A DNA stretch of 64,000 bases, taken from assembly GCA_036229005.1 (NCBI GenBank), contig JAZAMN010000021.1, forward strand, positions 21,680 through 85,679, given 5' to 3'. The translations under genes and the position numbers were made by a program. The notes beneath the pieces were generated by a model. The model had not been told where the DNA came from and did not search any database. It saw only the letters and a list, made by a program, of their open reading frames with translations. Positions 1 to 8,915 of this stretch are shown piece by piece. Numbering within the stretch: the stretch's first letter is position 1; each line of letters starts with the position of its first letter. This DNA comes from Myxococcota bacterium (GTDB lineage Bacteria; Myxococcota_A; UBA796; CAJQPC01).

Positions 1-1
1 C

Positions 2-1435
2 GCCGTCCAGCACGACATCGCTGGGGGTGTCGCCGTAGCCGACCACGTCGATGTCCGCGGAGAGCGTCAGGTCCACATACCAGGTGCCCTCGCACACCGA
101 GAGGGTGCCCGCGCTGCTGTAGGCCAGGGCGGCCGGCGCGCTGCTGCTGCCGCTCCAGTCCGCCGTCACGTCGCTGCTCCCGCTGCTGTCGGTCCAGGTG
201 ACCATCCCCACCTCGGAGGTGCTGCTGTCGCAGTCGGTGTCGGCGCCGTCGCAGATCTCCGTCGCGCCGGGGTTCACCTGTGCGTCGCTGTCGTCGCAGT
301 CGGTGTCGTCGCTGACGCTGCCGCTGGGCTGGGTGCAGGCGGTGGTGGTGGTGCTGGCGTCGCCGTAGCCGTCCCCGTCGCTGTCCTGGTACCAGGTGGC
401 GGCGTCCGCGCTGGTGGCCGGGTCCACGCTGCCGTCGCAGTCGTTGTCGACGCTGTCACACACCTCTGTCGCATCTGGATTCACGCTGCCGTCCGCGTCG
501 TCGCAGTCGCTGGCGTCGCTCACGGCGCCCGAGGGCTGCGTGCAGGCCTGCTGGGGGGCGCTCGGGTCTCCAAAGCCGTCTTCATCGCTGTCGCTGTACC
601 AGGTCAGGGCGTCCGCGCTGGTGCCCGGGTCCACGCTGCCGTCGCAGTCGTTGTCGACGCTGTCGCAGACCTCGGTGGCCGCTGGGTTCACGGCGGCGGC
701 CAGGTCGTCGCAGTCGCTGCTGTCGCTCACGTAGATCTCAGGCTGCTCGCAGGCCGACACGCTGGCGTCGGGGTCCCCGTAGCCGTCGTCGTCCCGGTCC
801 CGGTACCAGGTGCTCGCGTCGGCGGCAGTAGACGGGTCGGTCTGGCCGTCGCAGTCGTTGTCCTGGCCGTCGCAGACCTCGGTCGCGTCGGGGTTCACCG
901 CGGCGTCCTCGTCGTCGCAGTCTGTCGCATCTTCCCCGTAGGAGGGGGGCGCACTGCACGCCGTGACGCTCAGGTCCGCGCGGCCGAAGCCGTCGCCGTC
1001 CAGGTCGGCGTACCAGGTGCCTGCATCCAGCGCGTCCACCGGGTCCACGCTGCCGTCGCAGTCGTTGTCCAGTCCGTCGCAGATCTCAACGCCAATGGGG
1101 CTGGCCGCGGTGTGGGCGTCGTCGCAGTCCATGTCGTTGTCGGCGCTGTCCGCAGGTTGGCTGCAGGCCTCGAGGGGCACCCCGGGATCCCCGAAGCCGT
1201 CGCCGTCGATGTCCGCGAACCACAGGCCGCCGGTGCTGCTGTCCCAGTCCGCGTCGGCTTCGTCCAGGTCTCCGTCGCAGTCGTTGTCCAGGCCATCACA
1301 GACCTCGGAGTTGCCGGGGAAGCGCGCCGGGTCCTGGTCGTCGCAGTCCTCGCTGGCGACCACCCCGTCGCCGTCCTGGTCGACGGGCTCGGGCGGGTTG
1401 CGGGTGCAGGCGAGGGTCAGGAGCAAGGCGAACAT
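2..1435 (-). CDS. MopE-related/putative metal-binding-motif repeat lipoprotein (3' end outside window)
   Basis: ATG at 1435 after GGAG; MFALLLTLAC signal; about 6 repeats of WYxDxDGDGYG...DCDD....NPxAxExCDxxDNDCDG; frame stays open to the window edge, so it is absent from the ORF track. Confidence 0.85.
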   Translation of the reverse strand, partial: MFALLLTLACTRNPPEPVDQDGDGVVASEDCDDQDPARFPGNSEVCDGLDNDCDGDLDEADADWDSSTGGLWFADIDGDGFGDPGVPLEACSQPADSADNDMDCDDAHTAASPIGVEICDGLDNDCDGSVDPVDALDAGTWYADLDGDGFGRADLSVTACSAPPSYGEDATDCDDEDAAVNPDATEVCDGQDNDCDGQTDPSTAADASTWYRDRDDDGYGDPDASVSACEQPEIYVSDSSDCDDLAAAVNPAATEVCDSVDNDCDGSVDPGTSADALTWYSDSDEDGFGDPSAPQQACTQPSGAVSDASDCDDADGSVNPDATEVCDSVDNDCDGSVDPATSADAATWYQDSDGDGYGDASTTTTACTQPSGSVSDDTDCDDSDAQVNPGATEICDGADTDCDSSTSEVGMVTWTDSSGSSDVTADWSGSSSAPAALAYSSAGTLSVCEGTWYVDLTLSADIDVVGYGDTPSDVVLDG

Positions 1436-1616
1436 GGGGTCTCCGGGGTTCCTCTCCAAGCTACGGCGCGCACCTGCTCGCGTCTGTTTCTCTTGATTTC
1501 AGGCCCGCGCTCTCTGTCTGGAGGAGGAGGGGAGCGAGGGGCGCTCGGGGCTCCAGGGTTCACCGCGACACACCCCGCTAAGGCTCGATTAGACTGGGCT
1601 CGGCAGGGCTTGCGAG

Positions 1617-2006
1617 GTGCGTGTGAGGTGGCTTTCGCGGTGGGTGTCGGCGCCCGTGGCGGCGGTGGGGCTGCTGCCCCTGTTGACCGGCTGTGGGCTG
1701 TTGTTCGGCGAGTGCATCGTGGCGTCGGCGGAGGGCGTTGTGGAGAGCGATCAGGACGAGCCGCTGGCCGGCGCGCTCCTGTATCAGTGCAGCGTGGCGG
1801 ACCCGGACGACTGCAGCGAGCCCACGCCGCTGGGGACGACGGAGGAGGACGGCAGCTTCGAGGTCGAGCTCGAGATGTCCAAGCAGGGCTTTGGCTGTCA
1901 GGCCGCGAGCCTGCTGATCGAGGCGGAGGGCTGCACGCCGCGGCTGGTCCATGTGCCGCTTGCGTTCCCCGACGAGCCCATCCAGCTCGACTGCCCCGGA
2001 GCCTGA
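1617..2006 (+). CDS. Small lipoprotein with carboxypeptidase-regulatory/transthyretin-like beta domain
   Basis: LLTGC lipobox; G.V.....EPLAGA...TEEDGSF pattern. Confidence 0.6.
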   Translation: MRVRWLSRWVSAPVAAVGLLPLLTGCGLLFGECIVASAEGVVESDQDEPLAGALLYQCSVADPDDCSEPTPLGTTEEDGSFEVELEMSKQGFGCQAASLLIEAEGCTPRLVHVPLAFPDEPIQLDCPGA

Positions 2007-2031
2007 TTCCACGCCCGCCGAACGATCGTGC

Positions 2032-2062
2032 TTGACAGCCTGGCGGGTGCCGGGGCTAAACT
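2032..2062 (+). promoter_or_regulatory. Sigma70-type promoter of the his operon
   Basis: TTGACA at 2032-2037; GCTAAACT at 2055-2062; leader ATG follows 6 nt later. Confidence 0.65.
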
Positions 2063-2068
2063 GGTTCC

Positions 2069-2137
2069 ATGATCCTCCTGCCGCTCCACCACCACCGCCA
2101 TTGGCACCACCCCCAGGGTGGGTCGGTCGCGGTGTAG
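2069..2137 (+). CDS. hisL: His operon leader peptide MILLPLHHHRHWHHPQGGSVAV
   Basis: 22-aa ORF with 6 His codons, directly upstream of a terminator and hisG. Confidence 0.85.
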   Translation: MILLPLHHHRHWHHPQGGSVAV

Positions 2138-2168
2138 CAGGAGCCCAAGAGCCCTCATCCACCAGAAG

Positions 2169-2196
2169 CGCCGACCCCACCCGGGTCGGCGTTTTT
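2169..2196 (+). terminator. Attenuator terminator hairpin
   Basis: CGCCGACCC-CACCC-GGGTCGGCG followed by TTTTT; alternative pairing partner GGGTGGGTCGGTCGC at 2116-2130. Confidence 0.85.
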
Positions 2197-2245
2197 GTGT
2201 CCCACACAGGCGTCACCCCGGGCCCAGGCGAAGCGGAGTCCCGAA

Positions 2246-3112
2246 ATGACCCAAGCTGTGACCCTCCACCTGGCCCTCCCCAAGGGCCGCATGCGCGAAG
2301 GCGTGTTCTCCCTGCTGGAGTCCGCCGGCGTGCGCGTCCGCATCGGCGCGCGCGGCTACCGCCCCACCGTGGGGCTGGAGGCCTGCGAGGCCAAGCTGCT
2401 CAAGCCCCACAACATCGTGGAGATGCTGGATCTGGGCACCCGCGACCTGGGCTTCGCCGGCGCGGACTGGGTGCGCGAGAAGCAGGCCGACCTGGTCGAG
2501 GTCCTGGACCTGGAGCTGGACCCCGTGCGCGTGGTCGCCGCGGCGCCCACCGAGCTCTTGGTGAACGGCGCGCTGCCCAAGCGGCCCCTGCGCATCGCCA
2601 GCGAGTACGCCCGCCTGACCGCCGACTGGGTGGAGCAGCAGGGCCTGGACGCCACCTTCGTGCGCTCCTACGGCGCCACCGAGGTCTTCCCCCCCGAGGA
2701 CGCCGACCTGATCGTGGACAACACCGCGACCGGCGCCACCCTGGCCGCCAACGGGCTGGTGATCGTGGGCGAGGTGATGCGCTCCAGCACGCGCCTGTAC
2801 GCCTCCCAGGCCGCCTGGGCCGACCCCGCGCGCCGCGCCCGCATCGAGGACCTGCGCTTGGTGCTGGACTCGGTGCTCCAGGCCCGCAAGCGCGTGATGG
2901 TCGAGGTGAACGTCAGCGCCGCGGACCTGCCCGGTCTGGTCGAGCTGCTGCCCTGCATGCGCGAGCCCACCGTCTCCGCCCTGCACGGCGGCAGCGGCTT
3001 CGCGGTCAAGGCGGCGGTGCCCCGGCGCGCCCTGCCCACCCTCATTCCCGCGGTGCGCTCCGCGGGGGGCAGCGACATCGTGGTGTCCTCGCTCTCGCAG
3101 ATCGTGCCCTGA
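2246..3112 (+). CDS. hisG: ATP phosphoribosyltransferase, long form
   Basis: LALPKGR, DLGFAGAD, GATE, DLIVDNTATGATLAANGL motifs plus C-terminal regulatory domain; GGAG upstream of ATG 2246. Confidence 0.95.
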   Translation: MTQAVTLHLALPKGRMREGVFSLLESAGVRVRIGARGYRPTVGLEACEAKLLKPHNIVEMLDLGTRDLGFAGADWVREKQADLVEVLDLELDPVRVVAAAPTELLVNGALPKRPLRIASEYARLTADWVEQQGLDATFVRSYGATEVFPPEDADLIVDNTATGATLAANGLVIVGEVMRSSTRLYASQAAWADPARRARIEDLRLVLDSVLQARKRVMVEVNVSAADLPGLVELLPCMREPTVSALHGGSGFAVKAAVPRRALPTLIPAVRSAGGSDIVVSSLSQIVP

Positions 3113-4413
3113 TGCCCGAGCTCATCTGCGCAGCGCGCGTGCGCGGGGGGAGCGCCTACCAGGTTCCTGCCCACCCCGCACCTCTGGACCTGGACCTGCG
3201 CGGGAACGAGGGCGCGCTGCCCGATCCGGGGCTCTTCGCTCACCTGAAGTCCGTGGACCTGCTGCGGCGCTACCCGGACACGCGCCCTCTGCGGGAGGTG
3301 TGCGCGGCGCACTTTGGCGTGGCGCCGGAGCGGGTGCTGATCACGGCGGGGGGCGATGACGGCCTGGACCGCCTGTGCAGAGCCACCCTGGAGCCGGGGC
3401 GGGACCTGCTGATGCCGACGCCGGGCTTCGAGATGACGCGGCGCTACGCGGCGCTGGCGGGGGCGCAGGTGCGGGCGCCGGAGTGGCCGGGGGCGCGCTT
3501 CCCGGTGGAGGCCTGCCTGGAGGCCCTGGACGAGGGCGTGGGCCTGACCGCGCTGACCACCCCGAACAACCCCACGGGCGCGGTGATTGGGAAGGAGAAT
3601 CTTGAAGCGCTGATCACCCGGGCCCAACAGCTCGGCTCGGTGGTGCTCGTGGACCTGGCCTACGTCGAGTTCGCCGACGAGGACCCCACGGCGTGGGCCC
3701 TGGAGTACGAGAACGTGGTGGTGCTGCGCACGCTGTCCAAGGCGTGGGGGCTGGCCGGGCTGCGGGTGGGCGTGATGCTGGGTCACCCCAAGGTGCTGGG
3801 CTGGATGGCCGCCGCGGGGGCCCCCTACGCGGTCGCGGCGCCGAGCCTGGCCCTGGCGCAGGCGGCCGTGGAGCAGATGGCCACCCTCAAGGAGGGCTTC
3901 GTGGCGCAGGTGCGCTCGGAGCGGCTGCAGGTGGCCGCGGCGCTGGAGGCCGCGGGGTGCGCGGTGGTGCCCTCGCAGGCCAACTTCGTGTTCGCGCGCA
4001 GCCCGCGGGCGGCTTGGCTGGCGGACGGGCTGGCCGGCCTGGGCATCGGGGTGCGCAGCTTCCCCGGACAGGCCGGGCTGGAGGACGCGCTGCGGGTGGC
4101 GCTGCCGCCGACGGAGGCGGACGGGGCGCGCCTGCGGGCGGCGCTGCGGACCTGGGCGCAGCCGAGCGCGCTGCTGGTGGACGACGGGGTGTCTCTGGAG
4201 GCGCCGCTGCCCGTGCGCTTTGGGGTGCCTGCGGGTGACCTCGCTGGCGGGTGGGTGCTGTCTGCGGACCCGGCGCGCATCGCAGAGGCCAGGCGGTGTG
4301 CCCTGCTGCCGGTGGGGCTGCGCAGCCCCTCGGTCCCCCAAGAAACGCTCTTTGCAGCCGGGGCGGCCCGGGTGCTCGAGCGGCCTGAACAGATCCTGGA
4401 GCTACTGCCATGA
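3112..4413 (+). CDS. hisC: Histidinol-phosphate aminotransferase with degenerate C-terminal HAD-like extension
   Basis: PNNPTG, DLAYVEF, RTLSKAWGLAGLRVG, SQANF; TGATG coupling to hisG. Confidence 0.92.
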   Translation: MPELICAARVRGGSAYQVPAHPAPLDLDLRGNEGALPDPGLFAHLKSVDLLRRYPDTRPLREVCAAHFGVAPERVLITAGGDDGLDRLCRATLEPGRDLLMPTPGFEMTRRYAALAGAQVRAPEWPGARFPVEACLEALDEGVGLTALTTPNNPTGAVIGKENLEALITRAQQLGSVVLVDLAYVEFADEDPTAWALEYENVVVLRTLSKAWGLAGLRVGVMLGHPKVLGWMAAAGAPYAVAAPSLALAQAAVEQMATLKEGFVAQVRSERLQVAAALEAAGCAVVPSQANFVFARSPRAAWLADGLAGLGIGVRSFPGQAGLEDALRVALPPTEADGARLRAALRTWAQPSALLVDDGVSLEAPLPVRFGVPAGDLAGGWVLSADPARIAEARRCALLPVGLRSPSVPQETLFAAGAARVLERPEQILELLP

Positions 4414-4994
4414 GCCAGCGGACGGCGCGCCTGGAGCGCGAGACCAAGGAGACGCGGATTGTGTGCGCCCTGAGCCTGGACGGGCAGGGGCGGGCGCAGG
4501 TGGACACGGGACTGGGCTTCTTGGACCACATGCTGGGGACCCTGGCGCGGCACAGCGGGATGGACCTGGAGCTGCGCTGCGCGGGCGACCTGCCCGTGGA
4601 TGACCACCACAGCGTCGAGGACTGCGCACTGGCCCTGGGGAGCTGCCTGGAGCAGGCGCTGGGGGACAAGGCCGGGATCGTGCGCTTCGGCCACGCCTAC
4701 GTGCCCCTGGATGAGGCGCTGGCGCGGGCGGTGGTGGACCTGAGCGGGCGCCCCTGGCCGGCGGTGGACCTGGGCCTGCGGCGGGAGATGTTGGGGCAGG
4801 TGGCCTGCGAGAACCTCACGCACTTCTTCAACTCCCTGGCGATGGCGGCGCGGATCAGCCTGCACGTCGACGTGCTCAAGGGGGAGAACGACCACCACCG
4901 GGCGGAGGCGGCCTTCAAGGCGCTGGCCGTGGCGCTGCGCTCCGCGGTGGCCGTGCGCGGGGGTGGGGTGCCCAGCGAAAAGGGGGTCCTGTGA
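4410..4994 (+). CDS. hisB: Imidazoleglycerol-phosphate dehydratase (monofunctional)
   Basis: RETKET, FLDHML, DDHHSVED, NDHHRAEAAFKA. Confidence 0.97.
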   Translation: MSQRTARLERETKETRIVCALSLDGQGRAQVDTGLGFLDHMLGTLARHSGMDLELRCAGDLPVDDHHSVEDCALALGSCLEQALGDKAGIVRFGHAYVPLDEALARAVVDLSGRPWPAVDLGLRREMLGQVACENLTHFFNSLAMAARISLHVDVLKGENDHHRAEAAFKALAVALRSAVAVRGGGVPSEKGVL

Positions 4995-6361
4995 AGGTCC
5001 TGATGATCGAGACCGGGCTGGCGAACACCGCCAGCGTCGCCGCTGCCTTCGACCGCCTGGGGGTGCAGGTGGACCGCAGCCAGGACCCGGCCAAGGTGGC
5101 CCAGGCGCCCTTTGTGGTGCTGCCGGGGGTGGGGCACTTCGAGGCGGGGATGCAGGCGCTGCGGGCGTCCAAGCTGGTGGCGCCCCTGCGGGATCGGCTG
5201 CTGCGCGGGCTCCCCACCCTGGGGATCTGCCTGGGGATGCAGCTCCTCTGCGAGGGCAGCGATGAGGCCCCGGGGGTCGAGGGTCTGGGCGTGATCCCCG
5301 CCCGGGTACACCGCCTGGAGTCCTGGAACCTCCCGCACCTGGGTTGGGCCAGCGTCCAAAGCGAGGAAGGGGTGGTGCTGCAGGGCGGCGCGGCCTACTT
5401 CGCGCACTCCTTCGGGCTGCGGGAGCGCCCCGAGGGCTGGCGGGCGGCCTGGGCGCGGCACCACCAGCCCTTCGTGGCCGCGGTCGAGCGGGGCCGGGTG
5501 CTGGGCTGTCAGCTCCACCCCGAGCTCTCCGGGGCCTGGGGGCTGGAGCTGCTGCGGCGCTGGCTGGAGGCGCGCCCGGCGGTGGCGACGCCCCCCACGC
5601 CCGTGGGCCCGCGCATCATCCCCTGCCTGGACGTGCGCGATGGCCGGGTGGTCAAGGGCGTGCGCTTCCAGGGGCTGCGGGACGCCGGGGACCCGGTGGA
5701 GCAGGCGCAGCGCTACGCGGATCAGGGCGCTGACGAGCTGGTGATCCTGGACGTGTCGGCCACGGACGAGGGTCGGGAGACCGCCGCCCAGACGGTGGCT
5801 GCCGTGCGCCAGGTGCTGCCCCTCCCGCTGACGGTGGGCGGCGGCGTGCGCCGGGTGGAGGACGCGGCGCGGCTGCTGGCGGCGGGCGCGGACAAGGTGG
5901 CCTGCAACACCGCGGCCGTGCGGGATCCCGAGCTGCTCACCCGCCTGGCGCGCCAGTTCGGCGAGCAGTGCGTGGTGCTGGCGCTGGACGCCGCCCGCCG
6001 CCTGGACGGGCCGGGCTGGGAGGTGGTCGTGCGCGCCGGCAAGGACCGCACCGGGCAGGACGCCGTGGCCTGGGCCAAGGAGGCCGCGCGGCGGGGAGCG
6101 GGGGAGATCCTGCTGACCTCCTGGGACCGGGACGGCACGGGCAGCGGCTACGACACGGCGCTGCTGGAGGCCACGCGGCAGGCCGTCGCGGTGCCGATCA
6201 TCGCCAGCGGGGGCGCCCGGACGCCCGCGCACCTGGCCGCCGCCTTGAGGGCCGGGGCCGACGCGGTGCTGGCCGCGTCCATCTTCCACGACGGCGTCAC
6301 CAGCGTGGACGCCGTCAAGCGGGCCCTGCGGGACGAGCAGGGCGTGGAGGTGCGGCTGTGA
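4991..6361 (+). CDS. hisHF: Fused imidazole glycerol phosphate synthase HisH-HisF
   Basis: N-half PGVG, GICLGMQ, HPE; C-half RIIPCLDV, VVKG, GADEL, GEILLTS, PIIASGG, LAASIFH in one frame. Confidence 0.93.
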   Translation: MKVLMIETGLANTASVAAAFDRLGVQVDRSQDPAKVAQAPFVVLPGVGHFEAGMQALRASKLVAPLRDRLLRGLPTLGICLGMQLLCEGSDEAPGVEGLGVIPARVHRLESWNLPHLGWASVQSEEGVVLQGGAAYFAHSFGLRERPEGWRAAWARHHQPFVAAVERGRVLGCQLHPELSGAWGLELLRRWLEARPAVATPPTPVGPRIIPCLDVRDGRVVKGVRFQGLRDAGDPVEQAQRYADQGADELVILDVSATDEGRETAAQTVAAVRQVLPLPLTVGGGVRRVEDAARLLAAGADKVACNTAAVRDPELLTRLARQFGEQCVVLALDAARRLDGPGWEVVVRAGKDRTGQDAVAWAKEAARRGAGEILLTSWDRDGTGSGYDTALLEATRQAVAVPIIASGGARTPAHLAAALRAGADAVLAASIFHDGVTSVDAVKRALRDEQGVEVRL

Positions 6362-7644
6362 TCGTACCGAGCATCGACATCCAGGGCGGCAGCACCGTCC
6401 AGCTCATCGGCGGCGAGGAGAAGGCCCTGGACGCCGGCGACCCCCGGGAGATGGCCCGGCAGCTCGGCGTGGTGGGCGAGGTCGCTGTAATCGACCTGGA
6501 CGCCGCGATGGGCACCGGGGACAACGGGGAGCTCATCGCCGAGATCGCCCGGGACCACCGGGTGCGCGTGGGCGGCGGCATCCGCAGCGTGGAGCGAGCC
6601 CGGCAGTGGCTGGATGCGGGGGCTGACCAGATCATCCTGGGCACCGCGGCCCGCCCCGAGCTGCTGCGTCAACTCCCCCGCGAGCGCCTGATCGCCGCCG
6701 TGGACGCCAAGGATGGCGAGGTGGTGGTGGAGGGATGGAAGACGCGCACCGGGGCCCAACTCCTGGAGCGGGTGGCCGCCCTCGCCCCCTACGTGGGCGG
6801 CTTTTTGGTCACCTTCGTCGAGCGCGAGGGCAGGCTGGGCGGCACCGCACTGGAGCAGGTGCCGGCCCTGGTGGAGGCCGCCGGGCAGGCCCGCGTGACC
6901 GTGGCCGGCGGCGTGAGCACGACTGACGAGATCGCCGCGCTGGACCGCCTGGGGGTGGACGCCCAGGTGGGCATGGCGCTCTACACGGGGCGAATGGACC
7001 TGGCCGACGCGCTGGCCGCGCCGCTGCGCTCGGACCGCCCCGACGGGCTGTGGCCCACCGTGGTCTGCGACGTGCACGGGGTCGCCCTGGGTATGGCCTT
7101 CTCGGACGCCGAGAGCCTCCGGGCCGCGGTGGCCGAGCGCAAGGGCATCTACCACTCCCGCCGCCGGGGGCTGTGGGTGAAGGGGGCCTCCTCGGGTGCC
7201 ACCCAGCGTCTGCTGCGGGTGGATGTGGACTGCGATCGCGACGCGCTCCGCTTCATCGTGACCCAGGAACAACCAGGGTTCTGTCACAACGACACCTGGA
7301 GCTGCTGGGGGCCCACCGGGGGCCTGCCTGCGCTGGACCGCACCCTGCGCGCCCGCAAGGCCCAGGCCCCCGCGGGCTCCTACACCGCCCGGCTCTTCCA
7401 GGACCCCGCGCTGCTGCGCGGCAAGCTGATGGAGGAGTCCGGCGAGCTGGCCGCCGCCCGGGGCGCCCAGCGCGCCGCCGAGGAGGCCGCCGACCTGATC
7501 TACTTCGCCCTGGTGGCCGCCCAGGCCCAGGGGGCCGACCTGGCCCAGGTCGCCGCCGAGCTGGACCGCCGCGCGCTGCGCACCACCCGCCGCAAGGGGG
7601 ACGCCAAGCCGCCCCCGCCGCTGCCCACCGAAGGAGGCCGCTGA
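6358..7644 (+). CDS. Fused HisA-HisI-HisE protein
   Basis: GTG start overlapping hisF stop; PSIDI..G..VQL, DLDAA, VGGGIR (HisA); DCDRD, FCH...SC (HisI); SYTARLF, EEAADLIY (HisE). Confidence 0.9.
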   Translation: MIVPSIDIQGGSTVQLIGGEEKALDAGDPREMARQLGVVGEVAVIDLDAAMGTGDNGELIAEIARDHRVRVGGGIRSVERARQWLDAGADQIILGTAARPELLRQLPRERLIAAVDAKDGEVVVEGWKTRTGAQLLERVAALAPYVGGFLVTFVEREGRLGGTALEQVPALVEAAGQARVTVAGGVSTTDEIAALDRLGVDAQVGMALYTGRMDLADALAAPLRSDRPDGLWPTVVCDVHGVALGMAFSDAESLRAAVAERKGIYHSRRRGLWVKGASSGATQRLLRVDVDCDRDALRFIVTQEQPGFCHNDTWSCWGPTGGLPALDRTLRARKAQAPAGSYTARLFQDPALLRGKLMEESGELAAARGAQRAAEEAADLIYFALVAAQAQGADLAQVAAELDRRALRTTRRKGDAKPPPPLPTEGGR

Positions 7645-8906
7645 TGCCCCTGCTCAACGAGATCGCTGTTCAGGACCTGCCCGCGCTGCGCCGCGAGGCC
7701 GTGGACGCCCAGACCCTGGAGCGCGCCGGCGGGATCGTCGACAGCGTGCGCCAGGAGGGCGAGGCGGCGCTGCGCCGCTGGGCCCTGGAGCTGGGCGATG
7801 TGCCCGCCGCCGACGCCCCGCTCGTGGTGGGGCCGGAGGGCCTGCGCGCGGCCTTCGAGTCCCTGAGCCCGCAGGCGCAGGGGGTGCTGGAGCGCACTGC
7901 GGCGCGGATCCGGGCCTTTGCCGACGCGCAGCGGGCCGCCCTGGTGCCGGTGGAGCACCCCGTCCCCGGGGGCGTGGCCGGCCTGCGCTACGCGCCGATG
8001 GAGCGGGTGGGCTGCTACGCCCCCGGTGGGCGCTTCCCGCTGCCGTCCTCGGTGTTGATGACCGCGGTGACCGCCCGCGCTGCGGGGGTGGAGCAGGTGT
8101 GGGTGGCCTCACCCCGGCCGGCGGTGGAGACCCTGGCGGCCGCCCACGTGGCCGGCGCGGACGCGCTGCTCTGCGTCGGCGGCGCCCAGGCCATCGCGGC
8201 GCTGGCCTTCGGCGCTGGCCCGGTGCCCGCCGTGGACTGCATCGTGGGCCCGGGGAACCGCTGGGTGACCGCCGCCAAGCAGCTCGTGGCCGGGCGGGTG
8301 AGCATCGACATGCTGGCCGGCCCCAGCGAGCTGGTGGTGCTGGCCGACGACGCCGCCGACCCCGCGCGGGTGGCCGCCGATCTGCTGGCCCAGGCCGAGC
8401 ACGACCCGGACGCGCTGCCGATCGTGGTCAGCCTCAGCGCCGGGCTGCTGGAGCGGGTGGATGCCGCGCTCCGGGAGCAGCTCCGCACCCTGCCCACGGC
8501 GGAGATCGCCCAGCAGGCCCTCGCCGGCGGATTCAGCGTCGTGGTTGAGGACCTGGAGCAGGGCTGTGCGGTGTGCGACCAGCTTGCGCCCGAACACCTG
8601 GCCGTTCACCTCTCCGACCCCCAGCCGGCCCAGGACCTGCTGCGGCACTACGGCGCGCTCTTTGTGGGGGAGGCGGCCGCAGAGGTGCTGGGGGACTACG
8701 GCGCGGGGCCCAACCACGTCCTGCCCACCGGGGGCACGGCCCGCAGCGTGGGGGCGCTCTCGGTGTCCACCTTCTTGCGGGTGCAGACCTGGCTGCGGCT
8801 GGACGCTCCGGAGCAGGCCGCGGAGCTGGTGCAGGACTGCGTGGACCTGGCCCGGATGGAGGGGCTGGAGGCCCACGCCCGCGCCGCCGAGCAGCGCCTG
8901 GTCTGA
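7644..8906 (+). CDS. hisD: Histidinol dehydrogenase
   Basis: YAPGG, PSSVLM, GGAQA, GPGN, DMLAGPSE, QAEHD, APEHL, GDYGAGPNHVLPT. Confidence 0.97.
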   Translation: MPLLNEIAVQDLPALRREAVDAQTLERAGGIVDSVRQEGEAALRRWALELGDVPAADAPLVVGPEGLRAAFESLSPQAQGVLERTAARIRAFADAQRAALVPVEHPVPGGVAGLRYAPMERVGCYAPGGRFPLPSSVLMTAVTARAAGVEQVWVASPRPAVETLAAAHVAGADALLCVGGAQAIAALAFGAGPVPAVDCIVGPGNRWVTAAKQLVAGRVSIDMLAGPSELVVLADDAADPARVAADLLAQAEHDPDALPIVVSLSAGLLERVDAALREQLRTLPTAEIAQQALAGGFSVVVEDLEQGCAVCDQLAPEHLAVHLSDPQPAQDLLRHYGALFVGEAAAEVLGDYGAGPNHVLPTGGTARSVGALSVSTFLRVQTWLRLDAPEQAAELVQDCVDLARMEGLEAHARAAEQRLV

Positions 8907-8915
8907 GTCGGGGAG

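Noticed and set aside
250..1400. DNA tandem repeats as a non-coding array
   Set aside because: Explained by MopE-type protein repeats on the minus strand
1951..3111. N-terminal extension of HisC (820-aa ORF)
   Set aside because: Off-frame overlap with hisG; HisC starts at the TGATG at 3112
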